This document shows positions 63,421-64,000 of a stretch of 64,000 nt of DNA, in pieces. Source of the DNA: an uncultured Thermoproteales archaeon (GTDB lineage Archaea; Thermoproteota; Thermoprotei; Thermofilales; B20-G17); assembly GCA_965368245.1 (NCBI GenBank), contig CBDUMD010000006.1:10217-74216 (forward strand), written 5' to 3'. The position numbers and the translations under genes are program-made. A model generated the notes under the pieces. That model was not told where the DNA came from. It searched no databases and saw nothing but the letters and a program-made list of their open reading frames with translations. Within the stretch, counting starts at the first letter, position 1, and every line of letters starts with the position of its first letter.

Positions 63421-63848
63421 CGAATTCGTGTCTCGGCCGCTTTAACTAAGACTTCGTGAAGTGATGCTCATATTTTTCATTACCTACCTTTACCTTAGCT
63501 AATAGCTTTTCATTTAGAGATTTATACTGTTTTCTAGACGATAAAGAATATAGTTATCTAGCTCGATATATCAAATAGGTGAGTTTCACTTGGAGGAGCT
63601 CCTCGATAGGATTACTATTGATCCACGAGTCATGGCCGGTAAGCCTGTAATTCGCGGTACTAGGATAACTGTAGACCTAATACTAGAACTCCTAGCTGCA
63701 GGAATGAAGCCTGAAGAGATTGCAGAAGATTATAGGATAAGCATCGAGGATGTGAGAGTAACATTATTATACGCGGCTAAGATTCTGGGACGTGAGGAGA
63801 TACTTATTGCCTCAGAAACTTAGACTTCTTCTAGACGAGAATATGGGC
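63421..63848. repeat. Inverted-repeat arm B (partner of 60233-61004)
   Basis: See arm A. This arm includes the upstream region, the intact DUF433 gene and the first codons of the DUF5615-like remnant. Confidence 0.7.
63590..63823 (+). CDS. DUF433-family protein (antitoxin-like)
   Basis: ITIDPRVMAGKPVIRGTRITVDLILELLAAGMKPEEIAEDY is the DUF433 core pattern. The start is TTG. Confidence 0.7.
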   Translation: MEELLDRITIDPRVMAGKPVIRGTRITVDLILELLAAGMKPEEIAEDYRISIEDVRVTLLYAAKILGREEILIASET

Positions 63849-63899
63849 ATAAGAGTGTACGAGGAGCTTAAGAGAAGAGGTTTTGATGTACATGCCTAG
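63807..63899 (+). pseudogene. Truncated DUF5615 (Mut7-C/PIN-like) gene remnant
   Basis: PQKLRLLLDENMGIRVYEELKRRGFDVHA then TAG. This matches only the N-terminal ~30 aa of the ~110-aa partner usually encoded after DUF433. The overlap with the DUF433 stop is typical of the pair. Confidence 0.5.
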
Positions 63900-64000
63900 A
63901 CATAAAGTTGATAGTCGATCTAATTCATCACGAAGTATTACACGGTCTAGTGCGTTTAAATAATATCAGCATTTCCCATGAGCTTGAGGAGAGGATAATT

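Noticed and set aside
60233-63848. Composite transposon or IS bounded by the inverted repeats
   Set aside because: No transposase or recombinase gene lies between or beside the arms. The arms are diverged gene-containing duplications rather than short terminal inverted repeats, and I identified no target-site duplication.
1-64000. CRISPR arrays, rRNA, tRNA, IS elements and integrases
   Set aside because: I saw no regularly spaced direct repeats, no T-loop (GGTTCRANTCC)-type sequences in intergenic regions and no transposase or integrase-like ORF. Visual scanning can miss a tRNA, so this is absence of evidence only.

Overview
The window looks like a chromosomal segment of a thermophilic archaeon, most plausibly Thermoproteota/Crenarchaeota. 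Supporting signs are TATA boxes about 25 nt upstream of leaderless starts, and GGAGG/GGTGAT Shine-Dalgarno motifs before operon-internal genes. Fap7, ThiN, a DUF234-type archaeal-ATPase remnant and many VapBC pairs point the same way. G+C is roughly 42-44% by eye. I recognised no rRNA, tRNA, CRISPR array, transposase or integrase.

Layout:
(i) 1-7.6 kb holds a GC-rich candidate RNA element and a decayed ATPase gene. It also holds a class-V aminotransferase, a secreted coiled-coil protein next to a membrane-tethered wHTH protein, an MFS transporter, Fap7 and a membrane-anchored GH18.
(ii) 7.7-34.5 kb is an uninterrupted minus-strand array. A complete Leloir set (galK, galT, galE) and a GH36 alpha-galactosidase are interleaved with three giant FtsX/MacB-type permease fusions of 1043, 972 and 1490 aa. 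The 1490-aa protein carries an M28/PA ectodomain. The array also holds two paralogous ~16-TM membrane proteins, two paralogous anchored beta-sandwich proteins and an HExxH/TSP3-repeat protein. I could find no ABC ATPase and no solute-binding protein anywhere in the window.
(iii) 34.8-47.4 kb holds three signal-peptide-less (alpha/alpha)6 glycoside hydrolases, a large anchored surface protein, a JAMM protease, a minimal nucleotidyltransferase pair, an orphan radical-SAM/SPASM enzyme and an AbrB-PIN pair.
(iv) 47.5-59.6 kb holds housekeeping and accessory genes: pcp, GNAT, a membrane-fused alpha/beta hydrolase, VapBC, ThiN and a flavin reductase. A 14-Cys small protein sits next to a thioredoxin-CcdA fusion.
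(v) 59.6-64 kb is a decayed, toxin-antitoxin-rich patch. Diverged inverted copies of a DUF433/DUF5615 module bracket ArsR, a ferredoxin and VapBC.

The main candidate for an undescribed system is the ATPase-less FtsX-giant, polytopic-permease and anchored-beta-sandwich gene set embedded in the galactoside locus. All family calls rest on motif recognition by eye. No database search was run.
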